The position numbers were made by a program, and so were the translations under genes. DNA of 64,000 nucleotides. Origin: a virus (taxonomy: Duplodnaviria; Caudoviricetes). Every line of letters starts with the position of its first letter. Position 1 is the stretch's first letter. This document shows positions 38,476 through 46,848 of this stretch, piece after piece. The stretch covers positions 12,269 through 76,268 of the IMG/VR virus record IMGVR_UViG_2974598881_000001, one strand, 5' to 3'. The notes under the pieces were generated by a model that saw only the letters and a program-made list of their open reading frames with translations, was not told the origin of the DNA and did not search any database.

Positions 38476-39315
38476 TCAGAAGGGAGGCGGGGGAACCGCA
38501 TCGCCGAAGTCTTTAGGGTTAAACTTGTGCTGTTCGCACTCGATGCACTTGCCGGTCAGTGCGAGGCACATCCGGTCTACCGTGAGCGGATCGAGGATCG
38601 AGTACGCCTTCTCGCAGTCACGGCAGAAGATGTCTGCGCCAGCGCCGAGGTCCACGATCTCGTCAACCGAACTCACGAACGCCTGCTCGATAACCTCGAG
38701 CGGTATCTGGTAAGACCAGGGGAACTCGCCGATGTTGACAACGAACAGGCCATTCTCTGACTTGTTATTGACAGTGATGGTTGCCTCAACCAGGCCGACA
38801 ATCTTGACGGTCTGCGCGTCCTCGTCTACCTCGGCACGCATTCGAGCGTACCAGATGTTGGCGATCTTGTTGTTCGCGTCGTCGATCTCCGCCAGAAGGG
38901 GAAACTCGAAGTAGGCTTCGGTGTGAATGAGTACTGCGAACAGGGTCTCCTGCATGATCTTCCACTCGGCGTGAGGCCGAGCCCCATTCGTATTCACGAA
39001 CGGGCGGAACACAGGCACCTTGCCGTAGCTGTTATCTACGTCCGAGTCGAGCAGAACGTACAGACCGTTTGCCTGCGGGTTGGCCTTGGTTGTGATCCTG
39101 GCCCTGAAGCCGCTTGCCAGCTCAACATCCCAGCCGCGCGGCGGCTCGTCATGCGTAGAACACAAACCAAGCAACTCGTCGTACAGGTCATACGAGTCGA
39201 TAAGTTCCCAGGCTGCAGCAGGCTCGCGCCAGCGATTATGTCGCCCCAGCTCAATCAAAGGGGGAGCTGTCATCTTGCTGATCCACTCGCCCTGCTTCTG
39301 AATCATTGAGTCCAT
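38476..39315 (-). CDS. Hypothetical protein (may extend to 39753)
   Basis: C-terminal CRDC...C...CIEC and PPPPF; the upstream in-frame extension looks coding (see findings). Confidence 0.6.
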   Translation of the reverse strand: MDSMIQKQGEWISKMTAPPLIELGRHNRWREPAAAWELIDSYDLYDELLGLCSTHDEPPRGWDVELASGFRARITTKANPQANGLYVLLDSDVDNSYGKVPVFRPFVNTNGARPHAEWKIMQETLFAVLIHTEAYFEFPLLAEIDDANNKIANIWYARMRAEVDEDAQTVKIVGLVEATITVNNKSENGLFVVNIGEFPWSYQIPLEVIEQAFVSSVDEIVDLGAGADIFCRDCEKAYSILDPLTVDRMCLALTGKCIECEQHKFNPKDFGDAVPPPPF

Positions 39316-39871
39316 CCTCACCCCCTTCTGAGCCGAGACAGTTCTGTAGCCGACCGGTGACAGCGGGCGTAATAACTTCAGCGAATCGCTTTCGGCCTCC
39401 TCTTGAGAGGATGCCTTCGTGTGCAAAGGCCCGAATAGCCCGGTGTAAGGCTGTGTCTTCATCTGACCGCCCTTGCCGCCGCTCCCCCCGGCGATTCCCG
39501 CGAACGTTCCCGGAACCTGTTGCATGAGGCCTCTGGCGCCGCCCCCGCTCACGATCATCTCGCCCGGCTGAACCGTCGCCTTGACCGCTCTGGTGAGTGA
39601 TTTCCGGAGATCGTCCTTGGTCAGCTGCTCCAGCTGCTCGTGAATCTTGGTTCCCGAGATTGCTGTGTCCTTGATCCAGTCGGGGCGGCCGCTTGCGGGG
39701 GCCTCGCGGCTTTCGCTCTGGCCACTCGAGCGCTTCTTCCTTCGGCTTGTCATCCTTCTTCACCTCCTTCTTTGCAGGGGTCTTGCGCACCTTCTTGGGC
39801 TTCGCTGCCGTCTCGCATGTGCACGGGAACTCGTCACAGAACATGCACGGCTCGGGGGGCTTAGCGGCCAT
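39251..39871 (-). CDS. Cys/Lys-rich hypothetical protein overlapping the next frame
   Basis: MAAKPPEPCMFCDEFPCTC, TAATG-coupled start; central part looks like a shadow of the +1 frame. Confidence 0.5.
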   Translation of the reverse strand: MAAKPPEPCMFCDEFPCTCETAAKPKKVRKTPAKKEVKKDDKPKEEALEWPERKPRGPRKRPPRLDQGHSNLGNQDSRAAGAADQGRSPEITHQSGQGDGSAGRDDRERGRRQRPHATGSGNVRGNRRGERRQGRSDEDTALHRAIRAFAHEGILSRGGRKRFAEVITPAVTGRLQNCLGSEGGEDGLNDSEAGRVDQQDDSSPFD

Positions 39872-40041
39872 TACTCCACCAGCTGGATTCCCACGACGTT
39901 CACGCCATCGACCACCTTGAAGCTGCCGGTCGTCTCGTACACGTCGCCACTGCCGCTGTCGACGAAGACGACCTTGGACTTGCCGCTCCGGTACTTCGCC
40001 ATGAGCTTCATGAGCGCGTCCTTGAAGTCGAAGATGTTCAC
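39871..40041 (-). CDS. Hypothetical protein (56 aa)
   Basis: MNIFDFKDALMKLMAKY...; very high GC3; not in the ORF track. Confidence 0.65.
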   Translation of the reverse strand: MNIFDFKDALMKLMAKYRSGKSKVVFVDSGSGDVYETTGSFKVVDGVNVVGIQLVE

Positions 40042-40298
40042 ACCTCACCTCCCAACATGTAGGTTCCGAAGACCGTCCCGGCGTACCCGGCGAGGCCGCT
40101 AGCAGCGGACAGACTGCCCGCCAGGACAGTGCATCGGTACTGCTCGTTGTCCTGAAGCGCGCCCACGAGGCTCAGCGCGATCATGCAGTCCCCGATCTGC
40201 TGGTCGGCCTCCATTGCGCCGCCCGCCACCAGGTACTCGGCGAGCGCATCGAGCGCCTTTTGCTTGAGCTCCGCGCGCTTGTTCGCATCGTCAATCAA
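40038..40298 (-). CDS. Hypothetical protein
   Basis: TTG start after GGAGG, downstream of the promoter. Confidence 0.6.
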   Translation of the reverse strand: MIDDANKRAELKQKALDALAEYLVAGGAMEADQQIGDCMIALSLVGALQDNEQYRCTVLAGSLSAASGLAGYAGTVFGTYMLGGEV

Positions 40299-40325
40299 AG
40301 TTTGTTCCTCCTCCGTACGCCTACG

Positions 40326-40354
40326 ATAGTACCACATCGTAGGGTGTTTGTCAA
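40326..40354 (-). promoter_or_regulatory. SigA-like promoter (extended -10)
   Basis: TTGACA-N17-TACTAT with TGG before the -10; 8-bp inverted repeat around the -10. Confidence 0.8.
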
Positions 40355-41046
40355 TTCCCCACTAGCTGGGCCTTCTCGTGCTCGAACTGTTCGTCAGTGA
40401 GCTTGAACATCGACTGAATCGCCATGTCCGGGATGCCCTTCTTGAGCATGTTGCGTAGGTGCTCGCGCTCGTCGCTGCCGAATGCGCGGAACTTGCCGGT
40501 CTTGGGGTCGGCCTTCGGCCCACGAGCGGGCTTCGCGGCCCGTTTCGGCGCAGGCTTCTCCGCTTCTCGCATCGGAAGTGGCATCGGGTTGTATCCGCCG
40601 CACCCTGGCGTGTCCATGAAGTCGATCTCGCCAGCGTTCATGCGGTAGCGCTTGAGTGCCCACTTGCTCACGGCAGGCACGTCTTCGAAGTGGGGAACAC
40701 TGATGATCTGAATCGCCATCGCCAGCCCCTGCGCCTGACCTTGGAGCTTGTGAAAGCCCTCGATCTCTTCAGGGGTCATCGAGCCGTCCTTGTACTTGGC
40801 GCGCTGATCCATGATCGCTTTGGTTACTCGATCGAGCTCGATCCAGTTCTGTTCGATGAGGCTAGGGCCTGCAGGCATAGGTTCCCCCTTTTCTTCTTTG
40901 TATGGACAGTTCGCACCATGCTTATCGTGCGCAGTCCATGCGGCCTTTTCAGACCGATGGTTTGACTCCCATTCACACTGTGGATCGCCGCAGGTGAACA
41001 TCCATCCGACCTCTGCCGGATAAACCTCAGGCCATGAGACCTTCAT
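40351..41046 (-). CDS. Hypothetical protein (N-terminal C2H2-like, C-terminal HTH-like)
   Basis: C-x4-C...H..H; LRNMLKKGIPDMAIQSMFKL. Confidence 0.6.
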   Translation of the reverse strand: MKVSWPEVYPAEVGWMFTCGDPQCEWESNHRSEKAAWTAHDKHGANCPYKEEKGEPMPAGPSLIEQNWIELDRVTKAIMDQRAKYKDGSMTPEEIEGFHKLQGQAQGLAMAIQIISVPHFEDVPAVSKWALKRYRMNAGEIDFMDTPGCGGYNPMPLPMREAEKPAPKRAAKPARGPKADPKTGKFRAFGSDEREHLRNMLKKGIPDMAIQSMFKLTDEQFEHEKAQLVGN

Positions 41047-41180
41047 CGGGCTTGACTTCCTCTTCTTCCTCAGGAGTCATCGGTGGCCGCAGCTTCGAGA
41101 GGTCCATTACCTCGTTGGCCTCTTCGGTGTGCGGCTCGGGTGCGTCGTCTGGATCAGCCCAGTACGGAGTCGATGCCATC

Positions 41181-41582
41181 TCAGTAGCAGTGGGCCCAGG
41201 AGTAGTTGCTGTCGTTGTCGGACGACTCCGAGACCTTGTAGCCGTTGACGTAAATCGAGCAGTAGACCGCTCCCCCGTTGGTGTCGTTGATCGAGGTGCT
41301 GATGTACTCGCTGGTCGAGCCGGTGAAGATCGTCCGCGTGATGCAGGTGATGCCCCGCTCGCTCGCGCCGTCCAGCCAGGTGTTAGCCCACGAGACCGTG
41401 TTGCCGTACTCGTTCTGGAAGGACAGGTTCACGGTCGCGCCGGTCGAGGAACAGAACTGCTGATCCACCTTCGAGTACGACGGGGCGGTAACGGCGCTCG
41501 CCTCGCCTGCGTATGCACCACCGACGAAGGCGAGCGCGGCGGCGACGGTCAGAACGGATGCGGTCTTGGTCTTACGATTCAT
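41181..41582 (-). CDS. Secreted protein, MmpS-like beta domain
   Basis: Signal peptide ending ASA; YCSIYVNG...AHC pattern; 4 Cys. Confidence 0.65.
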   Translation of the reverse strand: MNRKTKTASVLTVAAALAFVGGAYAGEASAVTAPSYSKVDQQFCSSTGATVNLSFQNEYGNTVSWANTWLDGASERGITCITRTIFTGSTSEYISTSINDTNGGAVYCSIYVNGYKVSESSDNDSNYSWAHCY

Positions 41583-41640
41583 GGTGTTACCTCCTGGGGT
41601 TGTACGATTAAGATAGAACTGGTACTACCTGCTAGTTTGC

Positions 41641-41679
41641 GAATAGCCCGAGCAGCGATCCATACTGCTCGGGCTATTC
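41641..41679 (-). terminator. 15-bp perfect hairpin
   Basis: gaatagcccgagcag/ctgctcgggctattc. Confidence 0.65.
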
Positions 41680-41955
41680 TCCCTGTTCCGCTTGCTGCTC
41701 CAGCGACATTCGACGTAGGGTTAACACGCTCGCTGGCGGCTCTGGGGCTATCCCGACATTCGCCCCAGTCTGCCTTGCTTTCATACCAGTAATGAGAGGT
41801 CGGTAAGGCTAGCTTGGGTGTAGGCTTGCCTCTTACCTACTGCTGGGTCATTCACACAACCACTTAGTCTCTCGCTTCACTGGACCCCCAGAAACGCGAG
41901 CAAACCGTCCCAGCCCCGCGACTACTCGTACCGACCCGGTCGCACTTGACAACAA
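41641..41955 (-). ncRNA. Candidate structured ncRNA
   Basis: ORF-free ~310 nt with at least 7 stems (see findings); strand inferred from context. Confidence 0.4.
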
Positions 41956-41988
41956 TCGAGTTCGACGTTAGTAGCTTGTGTTGAAGAC

Positions 41989-42411
41989 TTACTCGTCCTC
42001 GCCGCCGTCCTCGTTGTCCTTCTTCGCCGGGGGATCGGCGTGGAAGTGCGAAAGCGGCTCGTGGTTGAGTCCGTCGTGGAACGCGAGTGCGTCCTCGGGC
42101 GTCATCGAGTTGATGTCGGCGAGGCTGTAGCCGTGGCGGTCCACGAGGTGACGCTTGACGGTGTCGAGGTTGACGAGGTTCAGGCGGCGGGCCTTCATCT
42201 CGGGCTCGGCCTCGAGCGCCACGCGGATGTCCTCGATCTCGTCGTGCTTGACCAGGCCGAGGTGCGACTTGCCCTTCTCCTTGAAGGCGATCATCTCGGG
42301 CGAGGACGAGGCGACGGTGCCGGTGACGTACTCGTCGGAACCGACGAGCTTGAGCTCCACGCGCTTGCCGTCGTAGTCGGTCAGCTCGAGCTCGGTCGTG
42401 GGTGCGGACAT
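41989..42411 (-). CDS. Hypothetical protein (probably highly expressed)
   Basis: 140 aa, near-exclusive G/C third positions, own promoter. Confidence 0.75.
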   Translation of the reverse strand: MSAPTTELELTDYDGKRVELKLVGSDEYVTGTVASSSPEMIAFKEKGKSHLGLVKHDEIEDIRVALEAEPEMKARRLNLVNLDTVKRHLVDRHGYSLADINSMTPEDALAFHDGLNHEPLSHFHADPPAKKDNEDGGEDE

Positions 42412-42462
42412 GATTTCTCCTAGTTTCGTGTGGTCAGGGGCGTCCGTGCGCCGTACCCGTTA

Positions 42463-42492
42463 ATGGTACCACGGGCACGGGCACGGGCGCAA
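42463..42492 (-). promoter_or_regulatory. SigA-like promoter inside a long inverted repeat
   Basis: TTGCGC-N18-TACCAT with TGG; -10 lies in the loop of the 42440-42490 hairpin. Confidence 0.55.
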
Positions 42493-42529
42493 CCCGACGC
42501 GGGATGAACTTTCCCGAACGGAAGGTTCG

Positions 42530-43126
42530 CTACCCGGCGCGGAGAACCTGCAGACTGCGCAGACCGTCCACGCCCATGAACTTCACGAGGTCGCTCCAGG
42601 TCTTCGGGCTCGCCGTGTTGCCCGAGCCGCACGAGAGGAACCACATGCGCTTGCGGAAGACCTCGCGCTGAGTGAACTGATCGTTCTCGAACTGGTTCAC
42701 GCGCACCTCGATGCCGATCGCCACGTACTCGTAGACCTTGTTGTCCCGGAAGACCTTGTTGAAGGCGACGATGGGCGAGTTGCCGTTGGTGTCGTTGATC
42801 GGCTCTCGGCTGAGCATCGACTCGGCGAGCTCCTCCTGCAGCGAACGCACCGTCTGCTCGTGCGAGGTGAGCCGCGACTCGATCGTGTCGCGCGCCTGGA
42901 TCGCCTCGCTGAGCTGCTTCGCCACGTCGGCGAGCGGGCGGGAGACTCCGAAGGCCCTGGTGATGCTCTCGCCCAGGGCGTTCGGGGTGATGTCCACCTT
43001 CTCGCCACCGCTCGAGGCCCTGTCAGCCTCGAGCTCCTTGCGCATCCGACACTTGGCACGCTCATGCGAGGTCGCCGGGTGGGTGCAGTTCGAGTGGTTG
43101 ACGCGCTTCATCTTGGTTACCGTCAT
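42530..43126 (-). CDS. Hypothetical protein
   Basis: NHSNCTHPAT...RAKCR N-terminal motif, coiled coil, beta-rich C-terminus. Confidence 0.65.
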   Translation of the reverse strand: MTVTKMKRVNHSNCTHPATSHERAKCRMRKELEADRASSGGEKVDITPNALGESITRAFGVSRPLADVAKQLSEAIQARDTIESRLTSHEQTVRSLQEELAESMLSREPINDTNGNSPIVAFNKVFRDNKVYEYVAIGIEVRVNQFENDQFTQREVFRKRMWFLSCGSGNTASPKTWSDLVKFMGVDGLRSLQVLRAG

Positions 43127-43138
43127 GGGCTTACCTCC

Positions 43139-43423
43139 CTACTTCTTGTCGTCGTCGGACGGGATGAGGTCCTCGGGGTCGGGTCGCGGGCCACTGCCCG
43201 AGTCGATCGGCTCGCCCACCTGGCGAACTCCGACGGGCTTGATCTTCTCGCCCACGTCGCGCGGGCCGTTGCCCGACTCGATCTTCGTCGCCGAGGGGCC
43301 GGTGCCCAGGTCGCCGTCATTGGCGTTGGTGTTGTTCGGGTCCGCGAAAGCCGCGCCGAGGCCGAAGCCGCTGGCGCTGAAGGCGATCATGAGACCGACG
43401 GCGAAACGCTTGGTGTTGTTCAT
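43139..43423 (-). CDS. Secreted low-complexity protein
   Basis: MNNTKRFAVGLMIAFSASGFGLGAAFA signal peptide; AGGAGG RBS. Confidence 0.65.
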   Translation of the reverse strand: MNNTKRFAVGLMIAFSASGFGLGAAFADPNNTNANDGDLGTGPSATKIESGNGPRDVGEKIKPVGVRQVGEPIDSGSGPRPDPEDLIPSDDDKK

Positions 43424-43593
43424 TTGGAACCTCCTGTGATTGGTTTCTGTTCGGACGGTTTGCCGAACTTGCAGTGTGTGCACTTGCTTCCGTGATTGAT
43501 CCACGAGCCACAGTCCGAACACGTCGGACGGAAGCGCTCGGGATTCTCGATTGGCGGCGGAGGCGGAATGCTTGCCGCCCCGTTCTCGCTCAT
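43420..43593 (-). CDS. Small zinc-ribbon protein (57 aa)
   Basis: CSDC...CTHC; ATGA overlaps at both ends; not in the ORF track. Confidence 0.6.
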   Translation of the reverse strand: MSENGAASIPPPPPIENPERFRPTCSDCGSWINHGSKCTHCKFGKPSEQKPITGGSK

Positions 43594-43844
43594 CGCTTGT
43601 AGTTGCTCGCGGTCTCGAGGAACTCGGGACGCTCGGCGGCGCCCTCAGTCGGGCGCGGGGTGTGCGTGCTCTCGCGCACCACACGCTCGATGTGACCGTC
43701 GAGCGGTCCGACGCCGCTCTCGAGCAGGGTGTCGAGGGCCGCCCGAGCCGCGTCGATCAGCACCTTCCTCGGCACCGACTGGTCGGCCTCGAGCTCCACG
43801 CGGTACTCGTGCTGATCGTTCTCGAGTTCGATGTTGATTCGCAT
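43590..43844 (-). CDS. Hypothetical protein
   Basis: 84 aa, AAGGAG RBS. Confidence 0.6.
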   Translation of the reverse strand: MRINIELENDQHEYRVELEADQSVPRKVLIDAARAALDTLLESGVGPLDGHIERVVRESTHTPRPTEGAAERPEFLETASNYKR

Positions 43845-43853
43845 GATCTCTCC

Positions 43854-44114
43854 TTACATGCACTCGCCGTTGTGCTCGGTGAAGCACTCGTTACACATCG
43901 GCGTCTTTCGGATTTTGGATTGTCTGTATCGAGGCGGATCGTCCTCCTCGGCGGCGCGCTTCGCCTCCCAGTGGGTGGGCAAATCGACACCAGTAGCACA
44001 CGAGGCGTGTTGCCACGGCCCGCCCTCGTGAGGCGTGACCGGATCGCCGAGGTGAATCTTCGTGCGACATGCAGGACAGGTCGATTCTTTCTTGGCAGGA
44101 ATGATCGTCATCAC
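43854..44114 (-). CDS. Zinc-binding hypothetical protein
   Basis: CPAC...H..C...CNECF..H.GEC. Confidence 0.6.
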   Translation of the reverse strand: MMTIIPAKKESTCPACRTKIHLGDPVTPHEGGPWQHASCATGVDLPTHWEAKRAAEEDDPPRYRQSKIRKTPMCNECFTEHNGECM

Positions 44115-44338
44115 ATCGCTCCATGCTTCCGTCTGACGTGACCGACGAAGCCTCCGACAGTCACCCGGTCTCCGCACTCGTCGCATGTCCAGCCGTGCTG
44201 AAGTATGTAATACCTCACGAAACCTCGCGGCGCTCCTGTGGCGTTCATCTTGACGTATAGCTCGGTTGCGATGTACGGGTCATAACCCTGCTTGATCGCC
44301 TTGTTGACTTCGCGAGTCACCTTGATTGACCTACTCAT
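44111..44338 (-). CDS. C2H2-like hypothetical protein
   Basis: CDEC...H...H. Confidence 0.55.
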   Translation of the reverse strand: MSRSIKVTREVNKAIKQGYDPYIATELYVKMNATGAPRGFVRYYILQHGWTCDECGDRVTVGGFVGHVRRKHGAM

Positions 44339-44856
44339 GCATCACCAACGATCTCCGACAGGGCAGCATCGACGCGCGGCTTGTGCGGGTTGCGTACGTC
44401 TTTGCCATTGTATCGCTCACCCTTGCGCATGTCTACGCAGAACTCGCCCGCGTTCGAGCCGCATCGAGGGCAATCGACAATGAGCGAGTTGACGATATAC
44501 CCCGAGTCGGTCAACGCTTCAGTGTAGCGAAGCGTGATCTCCTCGTCGTACTTCTTCTTGCGAATGTCGTTGTCGAGGTCGATGATCTCGCGTGGCGGAA
44601 GCGTCTTGCGCACCTCCTTGATTTGCGCCTTGGCCTCCATCACCTCGAGGTACGCCTTCACGTCCTCGACGCTGCACTTGTGGTAATTGTACGACACGAT
44701 GGGACGAACAAAGCCTTCGCCGTCGAGGAACACGCCCGACCGAACTGAGTTCGCCTCGAGCGGCTGCGACCACCGAGACGGCTCATCGGCCCGCTTTGCC
44801 CAGATTACCGAGCCGCCGCACGAAGTGCACGAACTGATCATTCCGGTTTCACTCAT
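44335..44856 (-). CDS. Hypothetical protein with two zinc-binding motifs
   Basis: CTSC; CPRC...C...PH..R. Confidence 0.6.
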   Translation of the reverse strand: MSETGMISSCTSCGGSVIWAKRADEPSRWSQPLEANSVRSGVFLDGEGFVRPIVSYNYHKCSVEDVKAYLEVMEAKAQIKEVRKTLPPREIIDLDNDIRKKKYDEEITLRYTEALTDSGYIVNSLIVDCPRCGSNAGEFCVDMRKGERYNGKDVRNPHKPRVDAALSEIVGDA

Positions 44857-44860
44857 TGTA

Positions 44861-44938
44861 TCACCTCCTATCGAGCCAACTTATGAACGCGATGAGTCCC
44901 AGCAGGGACACGAACGAAAGGGCCTCGGGCCAAGTCAC
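44861..44938 (-). CDS. 25-aa membrane peptide
   Basis: MTWPEALSFVSLLGLIAFISWLDRR; GTGA overlap. Confidence 0.5.
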   Translation of the reverse strand: MTWPEALSFVSLLGLIAFISWLDRR

Positions 44939-46845
44939 AGCAACCTCTTTCCCAGGTGTTCGACCACCTTCCGGTAATCCTCGGGACCGTCCACCTGGAA
45001 GGTGTCGAAGCCGTGCTCCTTCGGCGAGTCGACCCCCATTCCCACAGCCATGAGAGTGATGTTGTTCTTCCGAGCGTACTCGATCTCCGACTTCAGAACA
45101 CGCAGTTCCTCGTCGTAGTTCGAGGCGGGCATAGCTCCATCGGTGTAGTACATGACGATCTTCTCGGTCGCCTTGGACTGCTCGGCACGCTTGCGGTAGA
45201 ACTGCAGCGTGTGTCCGTCCAGGTTGCCCATGCTCGAGTTGATGGTGCGCAGGTTGTTGCGCGCCTTCTTGTCCCACGGCTTGTTCGCCGCCTTGATCTC
45301 GTAAAAGGCGGGCGACTCGTCGCCGGTCGAGTAGCTGTAGTCCGAGGTATGTGCCCACACCTCAAACGAGATACCGAGTCGGTGACACACGTCAGACATG
45401 GCCAGGACCGCCATCTTCTCCACCTCGATAGTGTCGCCCGAGGTTGAGCCTGATATGTCCATGCCGATCACAACGTGATAGCTACGCTTGTCGGGCACAA
45501 CACGCTTCGAGAACAGGCGCTCGTCGCCGAACGGTACCCGGCGCGCGAGCATCTTCCCTGCAACCTTGCCGCTCCGCTGGTTCCGGTGATGCTCTACACG
45601 AGCGTTCACGCCGAAGGCCAACCGAGCCGCCGTGATAGCAGGGCTCAAGTGACGCTCGTCCGACTTGAACAGGTGCTCGGGGTATGGCTGGTTGTAGTAG
45701 TTGTTCTTGTACGCAGGCTGACCGGGTTCGGGGATGTAGATCTTCGGCGCGCCGACGTTCTCGGGAACGTGATCGAGCATCTTGTACGAGTCGACAGCGT
45801 TCTGAACATCTTCGGGACGAAGACCCTCGGTAGCCGGTCCGTCGTCGCCCTTGCCTGAGCCCATTCCGCGCTTGCCGTCGTCCTTGTCACTGATCTCAGT
45901 GCCGTGACCGAACAAGATCTTCATGAGCTTGTTGATCAGCTCGAACAGCTCGTCGTTCTTCTCTTCCTCGTCTGGGTCAACGATCATGTAGCCGTTCTCG
46001 TTCATGATCGTCAGCACCGCGAGAACCACCTCGAATGAGGCGACGGTGTCGGACGCCTCGAGGGCGTCCTTGCCGCACCGCTTGAGCTTAGCATCCCCGG
46101 TTACGAAGTCAACCACTTCGTCAACAAAGAATCCGTCGATCTCAATTCCGTTAGCCGTGAACAGGAATGCGAGCGCGAGCTGCATCTCGATCTTCATGTC
46201 CTCGTAGTAGGTAACCGTACCGTCCTGGTTGGAGATACCGTTCACCATGATGTCTTCGCTCAGCGCCCGGTAGGCGAGCTCCTCGTCGTGGTCGAAGGCC
46301 AACCGAGCCGCGTCACACCGCGCATCTTCCATGCACAGCATGAGCATACTCAGCCAAGGGTGGCGCGCCTTGTTGACGTGCCCGATGAGCGGGATGTTCG
46401 TGCCCTCCACGTTGAGGTGGTCCTGCATCCTGCGGACGAAGGCCTGCGGTAGGCTGTACGGGTCGCCCGGTGTGCCGCAGTCCATGAGCAGCGACACCGT
46501 ACGCCCGACGCTGAACCGGGCAAACGAACCGTGCACGATGTGCCCAATCTCGTGCTTGAGTACCGTCATGACGTGCTCGCGGGACGCGCACGCGGGGCAC
46601 AGCAGAAGGCCGAACTCGCGCTCATCGCACAGCGCTCGGTTGTGACGCTGTGGCAACCCGAGCTCCATCGGCGGGGCAATCGTGATCGTCTTGCCGTCGG
46701 TCTGACTGTTAGCACCGGCGACAATCTTGAGCCCCTGTACTCCGGTCTCGGATCGAGCGTAGGACTGAAGTGCGGGAATCATCGTGTTGAACCTGCGGAC
46801 CGCCTTAGCGGCGAGCTGCCTGCGCTTGCGCGTAGTCGCGTCCAT
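44935..46845 (-). CDS. CobT-like vWA-domain protein with N-terminal HExxH
   Basis: LKHEIGH, MEDARCD; MIDAS DISGST...TS...YTDG. Confidence 0.85.
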   Translation of the reverse strand: MDATTRKRRQLAAKAVRRFNTMIPALQSYARSETGVQGLKIVAGANSQTDGKTITIAPPMELGLPQRHNRALCDEREFGLLLCPACASREHVMTVLKHEIGHIVHGSFARFSVGRTVSLLMDCGTPGDPYSLPQAFVRRMQDHLNVEGTNIPLIGHVNKARHPWLSMLMLCMEDARCDAARLAFDHDEELAYRALSEDIMVNGISNQDGTVTYYEDMKIEMQLALAFLFTANGIEIDGFFVDEVVDFVTGDAKLKRCGKDALEASDTVASFEVVLAVLTIMNENGYMIVDPDEEEKNDELFELINKLMKILFGHGTEISDKDDGKRGMGSGKGDDGPATEGLRPEDVQNAVDSYKMLDHVPENVGAPKIYIPEPGQPAYKNNYYNQPYPEHLFKSDERHLSPAITAARLAFGVNARVEHHRNQRSGKVAGKMLARRVPFGDERLFSKRVVPDKRSYHVVIGMDISGSTSGDTIEVEKMAVLAMSDVCHRLGISFEVWAHTSDYSYSTGDESPAFYEIKAANKPWDKKARNNLRTINSSMGNLDGHTLQFYRKRAEQSKATEKIVMYYTDGAMPASNYDEELRVLKSEIEYARKNNITLMAVGMGVDSPKEHGFDTFQVDGPEDYRKVVEHLGKRLL

Positions 46846-46848
46846 TGT

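Noticed and set aside
41750-41920. tmRNA-like 5' end (GGGGCTG..ACGGTTT on the minus strand) and group I intron-like AGAGACTA
   Set aside because: No matching 3' acceptor strand, T-loop or CCA for tmRNA; no downstream S element and no interrupted gene for an intron
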